Shown piece by piece: positions 20,752-31,554 of a stretch of DNA of 64,000 nucleotides. Numbering within the stretch: position 1 is the stretch's first letter; each line of letters opens with the position of its first letter. Position numbers and translations under genes: made by a program. Under the pieces are notes generated by a model. The model ran no database searches. It was not told where the DNA came from and was given only the letters and a program-made list of their open reading frames with translations. Source of the DNA: a virus; the IMG/VR virus record IMGVR_UViG_3300012663_001306, positions 50,409 to 114,408 of that record, one strand, 5' to 3'.

Positions 20752-21326
20752 TCTTAGCCATGTACTCAGGCGGCCTAGACAGCCTGGGTATGATATACAA
20801 GTTACTCACAGATCCTGAGTACAAAGACTATGTGTTACACATACATCACGTACATAATCGTAATGTAGAGCATAGAAATCAGGCTGAAGCCGTGGTTGTA
20901 GAGCGAGTTCTAAAAGAACTAGAACAGTTGGGATTTAGTTTTGTCTACAGTGAAAGCGAAATAGCGTCACAACCTTACAATGGAAAGTTTATGTATGACA
21001 CGGACAGCATCAACTTCTTTGCTGGTTACATCTGCTCTGTTAATCCCCGCATAAAGAAAGTTGCCATGGGTATGCAGGCCAACGATCACAATCATAGTTT
21101 AGAGGAACGCAGAATCCGTGCTAACAAAATATTCACTGCCTTCACTGATGTAGAAAAGATATTCCCTGTGCTTGACATGACCAAACGTGAGATCTACGAC
21201 AGCCTGCCTGAATCACTGCGAGATATGTTTTGGAGTTGCCGACGCCCTGTGTACAGTGAAAAAAATATCGCACCTTGTGGAAGATGCGATACTTGTGCTA
21301 AACTGCGTGAGCAGGATATAGGTTAA
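20736..21326 (+). CDS. Divergent QueC-like PP-loop ATPase (7-cyano-7-deazaguanine synthase superfamily), ~196 aa
   Basis: SGGLDS PP-loop and C-terminal WSC...PCGRCDTC Zn motif. Likely start MEQQIILAM at 20736 overlaps the upstream gene. The canonical QueC VPxRN and YPDC motifs are not recognisable. Confidence 0.75.
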   Translation: MEQQIILAMYSGGLDSLGMIYKLLTDPEYKDYVLHIHHVHNRNVEHRNQAEAVVVERVLKELEQLGFSFVYSESEIASQPYNGKFMYDTDSINFFAGYICSVNPRIKKVAMGMQANDHNHSLEERRIRANKIFTAFTDVEKIFPVLDMTKREIYDSLPESLRDMFWSCRRPVYSEKNIAPCGRCDTCAKLREQDIG

Positions 21327-21350
21327 CTAATCTTCCAAACTTAGACGCTC

Positions 21351-23390
21351 TTATAACGCAGCGATTCTAGTCTTGAAGTCTGCAAAGTCAGTACTAGCAG
21401 TTACAAGAGTTTTTAAGTCTGTAACACTTATTGATGCGCCGCGCTGAGTAGAACCATCTGGGAATACAATTCCGCCTAGCGCACTTAAACTTAATGTCCA
21501 TGTACCGTTGGCTAATGTAGCAGATTTGTCCTTAACTGGCAGATACAAGGAGAATGCATATACATTTGTTGATGTCGATTCTGCAACATCAACAGCAGCC
21601 ATTAGATATTCATTTGAAAATCCTCTAGTGTATTGTCTAGCATTGCCTACAATAGTAAATTCTTGATCAAATCCATTAGTATTTGCTGCTCTAATTTTAT
21701 TTCCCGGTTTTAGATCATATATAGCTGTTAATAGTTCTTTTCCAGGAATATTAAATGTAAACGTAGAAGTGTTCCAAGCAATGAATCCTGCGTCTCTGGG
21801 TCCGTTGCCTTCGCCGCCGAAATATTCTAGTTTAGAAACTGCATCATTACCGTTAACCAACATCTGCCCTGTTTCGGAAATACTAATAGTACTAGTACCG
21901 ATATAGACTGTACTGGTACTTAAATAGAGATCTCTAAATCGGTTAGCAGGACTACCTAAATCGTATGCTACATCAGTATCTGGTATAATATTGCCCGGTA
22001 CTGTTAAACTGCCATCATTGCTAAATGTCCAAGTATTGGCACCAAAAACATCTGGATTCGTTGTGCCGCCTGTGATTACCTGTACAATTCCGGACAGCGT
22101 TGACGCTGATCGAGCACGACCTCCTGTGATAGTAACGTCGCCGCCCTTGCCCGGATCAGATGGATCGCCAGCCTGGCCAACAACATCGCCGCCAGTGATT
22201 TCCACAAATCCACCGTAGCCTGTTGAGGTACTGTTATAGATTTCAGTATTTCCGCCTTCAATCCTAACATAGCCACCATCGTGGTCCTGTCCTTGGCCTC
22301 CGCGTAGTTTAACATCGCCACCACTGCCGCCAGTACGGCCACCAGTCCAGTCTTGGCTTTCACCACCAGTACCGCCCCAAATGTAAACATCACCGCCTTC
22401 GCCCACTGTGTAAGTACTAGTGCTCCAAACTCCAAATCCACGCTGTCCTTGAATTACGATTCGTTGAGCGGATGGGTTGGCCTCTGTGGTTGCTGGTCCT
22501 GTGACGATGACTTGATTGCCACTGTCATTGCTTAACCTTAATGTTGGTCCGTTAAGGGTGTAGTCATATTCGTAGCCTGTGTTAGTTTTGGTTGGCAGTG
22601 ACAGGCCTTCTGGTAGTCGTAGATGGCCATCAAACCTAAAAGTCCATGCGTATGAACTTGCTGTGGTTTCTGTGACAATCTGAATTCCACTACTGGCACC
22701 GTTGTCGTCTAGGTTTACAAGTTTTAACTCAAAGTAGTCGCCTGCTGACACGTAAATATCGTCTGTGGCGTCTAATGTAATATCTCTTCCTGAACGAATA
22801 GTTATATCATCGTCGCCAGTGGCCATGCCAAAGTAACCATTACCTTCAAAACCTTCGATGTCTAAACCAATGGTGTTGATGTAGTTGTAATTAAAATCAA
22901 TGTCATTTATTGCGATAGGCCCTGGGTCAGTTGTAGCCAGTGTTATAGTGTACAATCGTGGAGTACCACCTTGGGAGATCACATCGGTCACTGTTGTACT
23001 GAGATTGGTTGTGCCGGGATTTATTACTAGACTGACATCGCTGTAATTATAGGGAAAGGTAGTATTGCCATCAAAATAATTTGATAGTCTTGATAACAGA
23101 TCATCGAGATACAGTCCCTCATTATTCGCCATCTGTACAGCAATAGACCCAGTGGTATAGGTAAAAGTTTGGCCATCACCGTCATCATAATTGTCTTCGT
23201 AAGTTTTCTGTGCTGTTATTTTATTACCAGTACCACCAATAGATTCTAATCCGCTCCACGCTGTGGTACCATCACCTACTCTCAGTTCATTGTTGGTAGT
23301 GTCGTAGCCTGCTTCACCTAGTGCCAATACTGGATCATTACTAGTCCAATTGGCGGCTGTGTCTCTACGTAGTTTAATTCTTGTTGTCAT
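21351..23390 (-). CDS. Tail fibre-like protein with Mtd_N/hyaluronidase-type N-terminal domain (679 aa)
   Basis: N-terminus RIKLRRDTAANWTSNDPVLALGEAGYDTT..LRVGDG is the typical major-tropism-determinant N-terminal motif. Gly-rich GGDV repeats and WTF..G.L..P motifs follow. Confidence 0.75.
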   Translation of the reverse strand: MTTRIKLRRDTAANWTSNDPVLALGEAGYDTTNNELRVGDGTTAWSGLESIGGTGNKITAQKTYEDNYDDGDGQTFTYTTGSIAVQMANNEGLYLDDLLSRLSNYFDGNTTFPYNYSDVSLVINPGTTNLSTTVTDVISQGGTPRLYTITLATTDPGPIAINDIDFNYNYINTIGLDIEGFEGNGYFGMATGDDDITIRSGRDITLDATDDIYVSAGDYFELKLVNLDDNGASSGIQIVTETTASSYAWTFRFDGHLRLPEGLSLPTKTNTGYEYDYTLNGPTLRLSNDSGNQVIVTGPATTEANPSAQRIVIQGQRGFGVWSTSTYTVGEGGDVYIWGGTGGESQDWTGGRTGGSGGDVKLRGGQGQDHDGGYVRIEGGNTEIYNSTSTGYGGFVEITGGDVVGQAGDPSDPGKGGDVTITGGRARSASTLSGIVQVITGGTTNPDVFGANTWTFSNDGSLTVPGNIIPDTDVAYDLGSPANRFRDLYLSTSTVYIGTSTISISETGQMLVNGNDAVSKLEYFGGEGNGPRDAGFIAWNTSTFTFNIPGKELLTAIYDLKPGNKIRAANTNGFDQEFTIVGNARQYTRGFSNEYLMAAVDVAESTSTNVYAFSLYLPVKDKSATLANGTWTLSLSALGGIVFPDGSTQRGASISVTDLKTLVTASTDFADFKTRIAAL

Positions 23391-23403
23391 TTATCTGCTC
23401 CGT

Positions 23404-23610
23404 TTATGCTGTTCCACCGTCTAAGGTGACATCTGTTGCTGTAGTGTAGGTCCAGGCTGAATCGCCACCTTCCACATAGTATTTTGCTTGACTGCTGGTA
23501 ATTGCTTGGCTAGCGGACCAGCGATCACCGGTCCATACATAGGTTACCGCGTTGGTAGCCACATAACTTTGGCCCACTGTGGGCGATGCTGGAAATGTTA
23601 TTGCTGTCAT
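23404..23610 (-). CDS. Small virion-associated protein (68 aa)
   Basis: ITFPASPTVGQ...TYVWTGDRW motif is common in phage fibre accessory domains; ends LDGGTA. TAAATA 6 nt upstream (23617-23622). Confidence 0.65.
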   Translation of the reverse strand: MTAITFPASPTVGQSYVATNAVTYVWTGDRWSASQAITSSQAKYYVEGGDSAWTYTTATDVTLDGGTA

Positions 23611-23627
23611 AATGTGTATTTACCCGT

Positions 23628-24857
23628 TTATAGTCCGAATCTTGCTCGTAGAGCCGCATAGTTCTGTAGTTGTTCTGCTTCAGTCAATGCTCTGTTGTAC
23701 ATCAGCACCAAGGCAATTTGTCCTTGGAAGTGACGGTGAGCGTAGACGCTGGTACCAATGTACAATCCGTTTGGCATTGTCCAAGCGTTGTTGGTCCTAG
23801 ATCCGCCCATGATGTTCCATCCTGCTACTGGAAAATTACTTGCTTGGCCATTTATATAGTAAGTAGCCGCACTAGGGTAGGCCCAATCATTGCCGTCTCC
23901 AGGGTTGTTCACTGCCCAGCCACCGATGCCGTTGGTTCCAAATCTAACACTCTTATCTGCTTCTACACCAAACAATCCAACGAGGCCAGAGGCTGTGAAA
24001 TCAGGTTGAAACACTATAGTAAAGTCTGTATAGGTATTTTGTGCGGTGGTATGTATACTACTGCCTATATAACTATCTCCAGCATTTGTTTGCCAGCCAA
24101 TATAAGTGTTTGATCCAATTGTGCCTGTCACAATAGCACTAAAGTCATTTATAATAGTTCCATTGTTGGTAGCAGTTGATAGATCAGTGATGCCGGTCCC
24201 GTTAGTTGTGCCGCCTGAATAACAAACAGGATTGCTAAAATCGTAGTGTAATACCAATCCGTCTGTGACAATGGGCGGTGGTGGAGTATGACCTCTCAGT
24301 GTGACACCCCCACTAGGAACAAAAAATCCCGTGGTGCTATCTACATCACGATATAAATGCGGAGTAATATCATTCCAAGTAGATCCACTATCAGTGCTGT
24401 ATTCAATCAATAGGTCGGCACCTCCACCCTCATTGCCCCATTGTACTCTTAAGGGATAATCTGTGCCCGCAGTTAATGCGATAGGATTGCTGGTGTCGGG
24501 TGCTTGATAGTATGCCTTAATTAGATAATTTGGATTAACCGATTCATCGCCCGCAAATCCTTCTACAGCAAGTGAACCTAACCAAACTAAAAGATGGTCA
24601 TCAGGATTGCCTCGAATTAGGTAGGTGCCACTAGTAGGTGCTCGGAAGTAGCCTAGATACTGGGCACTACACGCTGAAACATCAAACAGACTATTAGAAT
24701 TCCATCCAGATACAACACTAGTGCTAGTTGCAGTATTTGCGGCGAACCAAGTGGCATCGTAATTAAAAATACCTGTGTAAAAAGTTTGTACAAGACCTGC
24801 TACTAGACTTGGTTGCCTAGTTCTGATAGTCTGTGCTGATCGTAGAGTTATTGACAT
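23628..24857 (-). CDS. PA14 plus LamG/concanavalin-like carbohydrate-binding virion protein (409 aa)
   Basis: PA14-like SAQYLGYFRAPTSGTY...DDHLLVWLG...YPLRVQWGN. LamG-like IVTDGLVLHYD...FQGQIALVLMYNRALTEAEQLQNY. Confidence 0.75.
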   Translation of the reverse strand: MSITLRSAQTIRTRQPSLVAGLVQTFYTGIFNYDATWFAANTATSTSVVSGWNSNSLFDVSACSAQYLGYFRAPTSGTYLIRGNPDDHLLVWLGSLAVEGFAGDESVNPNYLIKAYYQAPDTSNPIALTAGTDYPLRVQWGNEGGGADLLIEYSTDSGSTWNDITPHLYRDVDSTTGFFVPSGGVTLRGHTPPPPIVTDGLVLHYDFSNPVCYSGGTTNGTGITDLSTATNNGTIINDFSAIVTGTIGSNTYIGWQTNAGDSYIGSSIHTTAQNTYTDFTIVFQPDFTASGLVGLFGVEADKSVRFGTNGIGGWAVNNPGDGNDWAYPSAATYYINGQASNFPVAGWNIMGGSRTNNAWTMPNGLYIGTSVYAHRHFQGQIALVLMYNRALTEAEQLQNYAALRARFGL

Positions 24858-24860
24858 AGG

Positions 24861-27800
24861 TTAAGTGAAATTCCAGACTCCGCCCATACTTTGCCAAGCA
24901 CTGTCTGTAAAGATCAGCGTGACCATGTTGGTTGGATCAGTGCCGTCTGTAAATGGAGTAAATGAAACATCAGTATAAACTGTTCCGTCAAGTCGGACAT
25001 TGGCAACAGTTACATTATGAGCCGTTGAGCCAGTTTGTCTAACCAAATACATGATCTGTCCTTCAACACCATCAGCCAGTGTGTAATCACCGTTGGTTAG
25101 TTTGTTGACAGATTTAGTTAGATCTACGGCTGTTGGAGTTTCTTGTACTACTGAATCAACCCCTATGTTTGTGGTCTGTCCCGGAGAATCACCCAGGTCT
25201 TCACTGGTCAGTTGTCCAATAGTAGCATTTACAGCATACGACGAAGTTGAACTAATGTCGAAGAAACTAGTAATACTGCCGCTGGCGACAGTCACGCTAA
25301 ATGTCACGCTGCCTATGGTAACTGGACCATACATGCCATTCGCAAGACTCAACCCAGTCATGCTACCACCTAATGCGTTAGGTATGCCAGTGGTAGTTGG
25401 TAATATCACACCAGTCTTGGCCACTGTGCTTTTAACTAGGGCACCTGGCAATGTTAGTTTTCCATCTGCGGCAAATTCCCAAACTTTCATATCATTGGTT
25501 GAAGTTCCCGCAGTCAATACTACTTTAGCAAGACCGTCACCAAACTTGTTAAGACCTACTTGAGCAATCTGGGATGATGTGCTAGCAGTTTCTGCCCACT
25601 GTAATGCCACAGAGCCAGTGCTACCATACCCTTGAAGGCTAAATGCTTTGCCAGTGTCCGCAACAATCCTAGGAAAATGTGATCCATTGTATTCATCAAT
25701 GGATACACCAATAGGCAATGTTGTACTACCATCAGCGGCAAATGTCCAAGTATTGGTTGTACTTGTTGTTAAAGTTTCAATGTAGACATTAGGATCTGTA
25801 CTGTTGCCTAGGATAACGCTGGCTGTACTTAATGTTAGAACACCATCTGTACCAAATGTCCAAGTACTTGTGTTAGCACCCAGTGTACCAACGACTATGG
25901 TGCCACTGTGATCCACTTTGACATACTGATCATCATCGCCTAGATATAGATCAGTTCCACCACCACCTGCTGTCAAGTGTATGTGATTGCCGTCTACGCC
26001 TGCTGTGGGATAAATTACCAATGCTTGAGTAGAACTAGATGCTCCCGAAGGTTCAAGTCTAATAGCACCACCAAAAGCACCACCAACTTCTGAAATAACA
26101 CCACCGTTTGGTAATGTCAATGTGCCAGTTGAACTTAATACTACGCTGTTACTGCCTGCTGTTAATCTATCACCTAATGCTGTGGTACTGCCACCTACTG
26201 AATTACCATTCATCAATGTGTCTGTATAGACAGTAGCACCGTTGTTGATGTTAATGGTTAGATTCTTAAAGTAAGTTTTATTTACACCGCCGTCATTGTC
26301 GCTGGCAAAGCCAATCTTATAGCTAGTGTTAAAGAATGATGTTTCAGTATAGGTAATAGTGTCCAATACATTATTGCTGGTGTCCATTGTTACTAGTTCA
26401 ATTGCCGCGGTGCCTGTACCAGTTGGGTCAACAGTTAGTCTCGCTCTGTATGTTCCTAGGCTAGGTGGAATCCACCCTTCACCACCACCAGCACCGCCAC
26501 TTATACCGTTTAGTTCCGTTGGGGTATACTTTGCGTCAATGCTAGAGCCACTACCTTCCCAGACCCAAGTAGGAGTAGTTCCACTGGCAAATACAGTGAT
26601 ACCAAAGTCGGACTCTTCTAAATCATTGACTACAAAATCAACTGTGGTTACAGATTTTGTATCGTTGGGGATACTAAATGTTGTTCGGAATGGAAATGAA
26701 GTTCCTTCTGGTTCTTCAACCCCAAGTATGGTAGCATTAGTACTCCAAGCACCACTTGAATCCCAACCGTAGTCAGTGTTCAATGTTGGCAAGTGTTCAG
26801 TATCTGCTACCACTGTGATCCAATTTGGTAGGGCAATATATCTATCACCTAATACACTATTTCCATAACTGTCAAGGATATCACCACCCGGTGGTAGTAT
26901 GATATTGTTGTTGACAAATGTCCAAGTGTTGGTAGTTGTAGTTCCACCGGCAGTACCACTGCCCAAGGCAATAGTTTCGCCAGTTAAGCCAACTACATCA
27001 GTAACTGTACTAACGCTGATACTGCTGGTTGATGTTATCGCCGTTGATGTGCCAGTTGACCATACCAGTGTAGTCACAGTGTATGTACCAGTTGAACAGA
27101 TGCCGTCTATGTCACTGGTAATATCAATTATGTCTATGTTGTCAAAGGTGCCTGTGACGCTGCCATCGATGGGCAGTTGTGCCACCATTACTCTCCCTGC
27201 GTTAGTGCCAGTGTTGTCATCTATATCTGATTCAGTGACAGCAGTGACCACTATGGTATCTTGATATATGTCGCCTACTCTGTGACCAGAGGCTCCAAAG
27301 CCAAAGCTGAAATTATCAAAAATCAATAATCCCGCATTAGTTGCCAGCATACGACTGTATAACATTTCTCCATTAGTAGGATTAAGTTTTGTTATCCATA
27401 ACTGTGGTTGCCCTGCTGGAGGACCGGGTATAGTACCAGTTACATAGACATTGCCCGTGGCGTCAAAACTTAAATCGTATGCTCCGGTATTATAATCGCC
27501 AAAATTGTTAGGAATAGGGTCAAGTTCTCCCACTGCTAGGAATGACGCCCATATCAATACGCCATCTGTGTCAAATTTAGATACTACAGCCTTTTGGTCG
27601 GGATCGTCGTTGACTATGGTATAAACATATCCACCGTTGTATATCACCGCGGCGGCAACATCCCCTGTGACAGTGACTAATTCTTTGGTCCATTGATGTG
27701 AGCCATTGATGTCCCATTTAGACAACATAGCCCGTAAACCACCGTCATTGTAATCACCTATGGCCCAAACATCGCCTGTGGCAGGGTTAACAGTCACAGC

Positions 27801-30800
27801 ACGGTATACTCCATTACTAGGAAGGGATTCAAAATCTTCAGGTACGATACTGCCGGTCCAAATTGGCACCCCACTGTCGCCGTCAACTTTGATCACCGCC
27901 GGTATTTCATTACCGTCATAGAAAGCACCTGCTAGATAATAATTTCCAGAATTATCACAGGCTATATCAACACCGGCAAACGCTCCGTCAATAAATCCTA
28001 AACTTGCCTGGGCAACTCCGCCGAGTCCAAGATTGCCTTCAGTGTCCATGTAGCCGGTCCAGCAACCAAATGTTGGGTCGAGTGCTGTGGCCAACCAATA
28101 GATTCTGTCATTGCTGTCTATGGCAAAGGCTTGATTGACCGCACCGCAATTAGCACCACTGTCATCATGCCAGGTTCTACTCCATAATAAATTACCATTG
28201 GTATCGTATTTTAACAGTAGACTATCTAGACCAAACATCTCATTGGTATCAAATTGAACGCCACCTAGTACATATACATTGCCCTGACTGTCATAGAAAG
28301 CACCAGTGCCTACGGTATAACTAGATGTAGTGACCGCAGTGGTTATACCCCCAAATTCTGCCGCCCAGTATGGACGAATTACTCCACTGCCGGGTACCTG
28401 TATTGTTACACTGTTGTTGCTGACAGTCAACTTGGTGTTATCGCCACCGTCAATGACAATGGCATCACCGTCGACATTGGCAGTACCGATAACGGTGCCA
28501 TCAATGGCCAGGCCGTCTAGGTATGTTTCTGGACTTGGGATCTGTGTTGGACTTGCGTCTAACCATACACCATCGTTTTTAATGTATAGTCTACCTTCTT
28601 GATTATCAAACCATAACTGTCCATTGACTCTTGTTGGTGCTGTACTGGTTGTTGCTACACGGACAACGGATCCATTAGCATCTTGTATATCATCAGGTAT
28701 GGTTAAGTTACCATCCGCACCAAATTCCCAAGTGTTGCTACTACCGAAACCATTACTTATTCCTGTTAATATTTGTACGGTGCCAGTAGTCGATGCGAAT
28801 GGACTATTGACAATTACTGCCGCAACTTCTGTGCTTGTTGTTCCTAAATTTTCAAAGTTGTCTACCCATTGTAAAGCACCTGCGCCGGACTGACCGTGAA
28901 CAACAACACCTAACAAAGTACCGGTACTGCCTATAATAAAATCCTGGAATCCACCACCACTAATATCTCCAATACGAGTATTGCCACTTGGTAATGTTAG
29001 TACGCCATTTGTGTCAAATGTCCATAAACTATTTCCAGATAAAATATCAATATCAGCCACACTCTGGATTCGAGCAGTACCATTACTGGCCTGGGGAAGA
29101 TTTAACTGCCCAGTGTTGGCAAACGACCAAGAGTATGGTAGCGTACTAGTGACTTGTAAAGTGGCTGTGGTATTGTTTTGTATGCTAGCTGGAATGGTAA
29201 TTATGTCACCGACTGTGAATATTTCTGTAGATTGTACTACAAAATTACCACTGACTAACGGACCCGGGCCCGATGGAACATACACTAAGGTACCAGGATA
29301 GTCGGTGCCGTAGGTAGAGTTGCCAAGATAGTTTGTGCCGCTACTGACCACAGTTACACTAGTTGCATTAATTTGCCCTATGACTGCACCGCTGGTTCTA
29401 ATAGTTGCCACACTTCCGCTAAGATATAAATTATCTCCTGCTTTTAATTCTACATCATCACCATAGTTAAATGTAAGGAATGAGTTTACATCAGTGGGTC
29501 CTATTTTGCCCTGTGATGGTAATGTTAAATTACCATTGCTGCCAAAGGTCCATGTGTTGGCATTGGTAACTAGTGTGATATCACTGTTATTGCTAACAGA
29601 AACTTGCGAAGAGGTGAATGCAAAATTTGCTGTATTAGAACCGCCAGTTTGAATAGGTTCGCCGTTGATGGCTAAAGTGTTGCCAGCTATACTTAATGCT
29701 GTACCACCTAGATAGATAGTGCTGGTGCCCACATACAAACTACGCCATTGACTTGATGTAGATCCTAAGTCGTAAGCTAAATCTGATGAAGGTAATATAT
29801 TACTATAAACATTTTCCCAGTCTACGTAGGCAGCGCCACTATTAGCCCATTCTAAGTAATTTCCAGAACCTTGTATCATTACCTGGCCTGTAGAGCCTTT
29901 AGTTTTTGGTAATACATAGTTTTGACCAAACTCTGCTAATTCGTCGTAATCTCCAAATCCAAATCCGCCATGCGAACCTATTATAACTCCTAACGGAGTA
30001 ACTGCTAATAGTCCAGGACTTTCTCCACTAGTCCCAATATCGAAATCTAGTGAATTAGAAGCATACAGACCAATACTTCGACCTTTAATTAATAAAGGTG
30101 CATGTGTTGCTGTATTAGTAGACAATATTGTTTGTGGTTGCGTTAAGAACGGAACTGGATATCCAGGTGGTGTAGCAAACGAAGCGTTTGGAGTAATTTG
30201 CAGGCTATGTCTGCCTATACCCGAAGCCGGGTTAATGATTCCAGTGCCTTTGAATGTAACAGGGGTATCAATCTCTCCAATAACTCGAACTCTATTTCTC
30301 AATTCAATACTAGCACCCGGTCCTTGCAATGTTACTCCAACAGTTCCAGTATTAATAATTGTGAGTGGTTGGAATGAAGAATCTCCGTCACTGGGTAACA
30401 CAATTCCGGCTGTACTCGGAACATCTCCAAGTTGTGCATTAGGTCGACTAGTTGCCGACAATCTTACAGTTAAATCATTTGCATAAAACGAAGTAGGTGT
30501 GATGGTCCACCCAGCCAAAATATCATTTCCGTTTACATATAAACGAGCAGTTATAGGGTCTACGTTTACTCCGATACCACTAAAATATGTAGCTCCACCT
30601 AGATATAAGTTACCCCATGTGTAGTCTTCAGCACCTATATTATAAAATGCGGCTGTATCTGGAATTAAATTACTTTGGCTAATGCTTTGATATATTGTGG
30701 CTGTTGTGTAATCTCTTAGAAGTTGAGCAGTAATACCTGCTTGTGTATTAGTAACGTACCCTGTTAAAAAGTTAGGCAACGTAGTCGGAGTTAAAAATCC

Positions 30801-31205
30801 TTGATTATCTACATAAAGATAAGTGGTATATTCAGTTAAGGCACCGTCTACATATTCCTTTGTAATATAATTTCTACTATCGAGCGTAGAAGTAGAAACA
30901 AATCTATTGTTAACATAATCTAGACTAGCATAGTTTGATAGAGATATTGTACTGCTAGTAACAAATCCTAAAGGATTTTCATCTGAATAAGGTGTATATC
31001 CTAAAATTGTTGAGATATCAGTTGCTGTAAACGTTACAACTCCCGTTTGACTATTAAAACTAGTAACCCCGGCAGAGACAAATGCTGACTCTAATCTTTT
31101 GAAATTGTCATTTACTTTGGTAAACGCAGTCCTTAAACTGTCGCCGTTACCTGCATTTGCGCTAGTTCCTGTGTTGATGATGTTAATTATTGAAGGCGTA
31201 GTCAT
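24861..31205 (-). CDS. Large baseplate/tail-fibre protein (2,114 aa) with T4 gp9/gp10-like N-terminus and a central beta-propeller-like region
   Basis: INTGTSANAGNGDSLRTAFTKVNDNF matches the gp9/gp10 N-terminal motif. About 9 WxF..G.L.LP repeats. Propeller-like repeats DSQGNVYV, LLKYDTNGNLLW, SKFDTDGVLIW. Confidence 0.75.
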   Translation of the reverse strand: MTTPSIINIINTGTSANAGNGDSLRTAFTKVNDNFKRLESAFVSAGVTSFNSQTGVVTFTATDISTILGYTPYSDENPLGFVTSSTISLSNYASLDYVNNRFVSTSTLDSRNYITKEYVDGALTEYTTYLYVDNQGFLTPTTLPNFLTGYVTNTQAGITAQLLRDYTTATIYQSISQSNLIPDTAAFYNIGAEDYTWGNLYLGGATYFSGIGVNVDPITARLYVNGNDILAGWTITPTSFYANDLTVRLSATSRPNAQLGDVPSTAGIVLPSDGDSSFQPLTIINTGTVGVTLQGPGASIELRNRVRVIGEIDTPVTFKGTGIINPASGIGRHSLQITPNASFATPPGYPVPFLTQPQTILSTNTATHAPLLIKGRSIGLYASNSLDFDIGTSGESPGLLAVTPLGVIIGSHGGFGFGDYDELAEFGQNYVLPKTKGSTGQVMIQGSGNYLEWANSGAAYVDWENVYSNILPSSDLAYDLGSTSSQWRSLYVGTSTIYLGGTALSIAGNTLAINGEPIQTGGSNTANFAFTSSQVSVSNNSDITLVTNANTWTFGSNGNLTLPSQGKIGPTDVNSFLTFNYGDDVELKAGDNLYLSGSVATIRTSGAVIGQINATSVTVVSSGTNYLGNSTYGTDYPGTLVYVPSGPGPLVSGNFVVQSTEIFTVGDIITIPASIQNNTTATLQVTSTLPYSWSFANTGQLNLPQASNGTARIQSVADIDILSGNSLWTFDTNGVLTLPSGNTRIGDISGGGFQDFIIGSTGTLLGVVVHGQSGAGALQWVDNFENLGTTSTEVAAVIVNSPFASTTGTVQILTGISNGFGSSNTWEFGADGNLTIPDDIQDANGSVVRVATTSTAPTRVNGQLWFDNQEGRLYIKNDGVWLDASPTQIPSPETYLDGLAIDGTVIGTANVDGDAIVIDGGDNTKLTVSNNSVTIQVPGSGVIRPYWAAEFGGITTAVTTSSYTVGTGAFYDSQGNVYVLGGVQFDTNEMFGLDSLLLKYDTNGNLLWSRTWHDDSGANCGAVNQAFAIDSNDRIYWLATALDPTFGCWTGYMDTEGNLGLGGVAQASLGFIDGAFAGVDIACDNSGNYYLAGAFYDGNEIPAVIKVDGDSGVPIWTGSIVPEDFESLPSNGVYRAVTVNPATGDVWAIGDYNDGGLRAMLSKWDINGSHQWTKELVTVTGDVAAAVIYNGGYVYTIVNDDPDQKAVVSKFDTDGVLIWASFLAVGELDPIPNNFGDYNTGAYDLSFDATGNVYVTGTIPGPPAGQPQLWITKLNPTNGEMLYSRMLATNAGLLIFDNFSFGFGASGHRVGDIYQDTIVVTAVTESDIDDNTGTNAGRVMVAQLPIDGSVTGTFDNIDIIDITSDIDGICSTGTYTVTTLVWSTGTSTAITSTSSISVSTVTDVVGLTGETIALGSGTAGGTTTTNTWTFVNNNIILPPGGDILDSYGNSVLGDRYIALPNWITVVADTEHLPTLNTDYGWDSSGAWSTNATILGVEEPEGTSFPFRTTFSIPNDTKSVTTVDFVVNDLEESDFGITVFASGTTPTWVWEGSGSSIDAKYTPTELNGISGGAGGGEGWIPPSLGTYRARLTVDPTGTGTAAIELVTMDTSNNVLDTITYTETSFFNTSYKIGFASDNDGGVNKTYFKNLTININNGATVYTDTLMNGNSVGGSTTALGDRLTAGSNSVVLSSTGTLTLPNGGVISEVGGAFGGAIRLEPSGASSSTQALVIYPTAGVDGNHIHLTAGGGGTDLYLGDDDQYVKVDHSGTIVVGTLGANTSTWTFGTDGVLTLSTASVILGNSTDPNVYIETLTTSTTNTWTFAADGSTTLPIGVSIDEYNGSHFPRIVADTGKAFSLQGYGSTGSVALQWAETASTSSQIAQVGLNKFGDGLAKVVLTAGTSTNDMKVWEFAADGKLTLPGALVKSTVAKTGVILPTTTGIPNALGGSMTGLSLANGMYGPVTIGSVTFSVTVASGSITSFFDISSTSSYAVNATIGQLTSEDLGDSPGQTTNIGVDSVVQETPTAVDLTKSVNKLTNGDYTLADGVEGQIMYLVRQTGSTAHNVTVANVRLDGTVYTDVSFTPFTDGTDPTNMVTLIFTDSAWQSMGGVWNFT

Positions 31206-31266
31206 GTAATTGTCCCGATGTTATGATATTTAGTTTGGATTTTTGTAATCCGAATGTAAATACTTT

Positions 31267-31554
31267 ATGTTTTTACAAACAAAGATTATAACCACAAAAT
31301 TTACTAGAAAGAGTCGATTAGGAGTAGAGCATACCTACGTAAAAAATAAAACAATCGCAATATTCGAATGTGATAATTGCAAATCTCAATTTGAACGGGA
31401 CTTAGGAAAAGTTGACCACAGGCGCCTAAGTAATCATGTTACCCACGTTTGCTCAAACTGTAATCAAAAACAATTTGCCCAAAGAAAAGGAGTTGAACAA
31501 CGTAAGTTTTGGAATCTGCCCGTCGACAGCGATATCAATATCAGCAATATTTAG
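31267..31554 (+). CDS. Small zinc-ribbon protein (95 aa)
   Basis: Two CxxC pairs (CDNC, CSNC). TAAATA at 31257-31262, 4 nt before the ATG. Confidence 0.65.
   Translation: MFLQTKIITTKFTRKSRLGVEHTYVKNKTIAIFECDNCKSQFERDLGKVDHRRLSNHVTHVCSNCNQKQFAQRKGVEQRKFWNLPVDSDINISNI

Noticed and set aside
21351-23390. Mtd_N-containing gene as a diversity-generating retroelement target
   Set aside because: Only the N-terminal anchoring motif is present. No C-terminal CLec variable region, template repeat or RT is visible.
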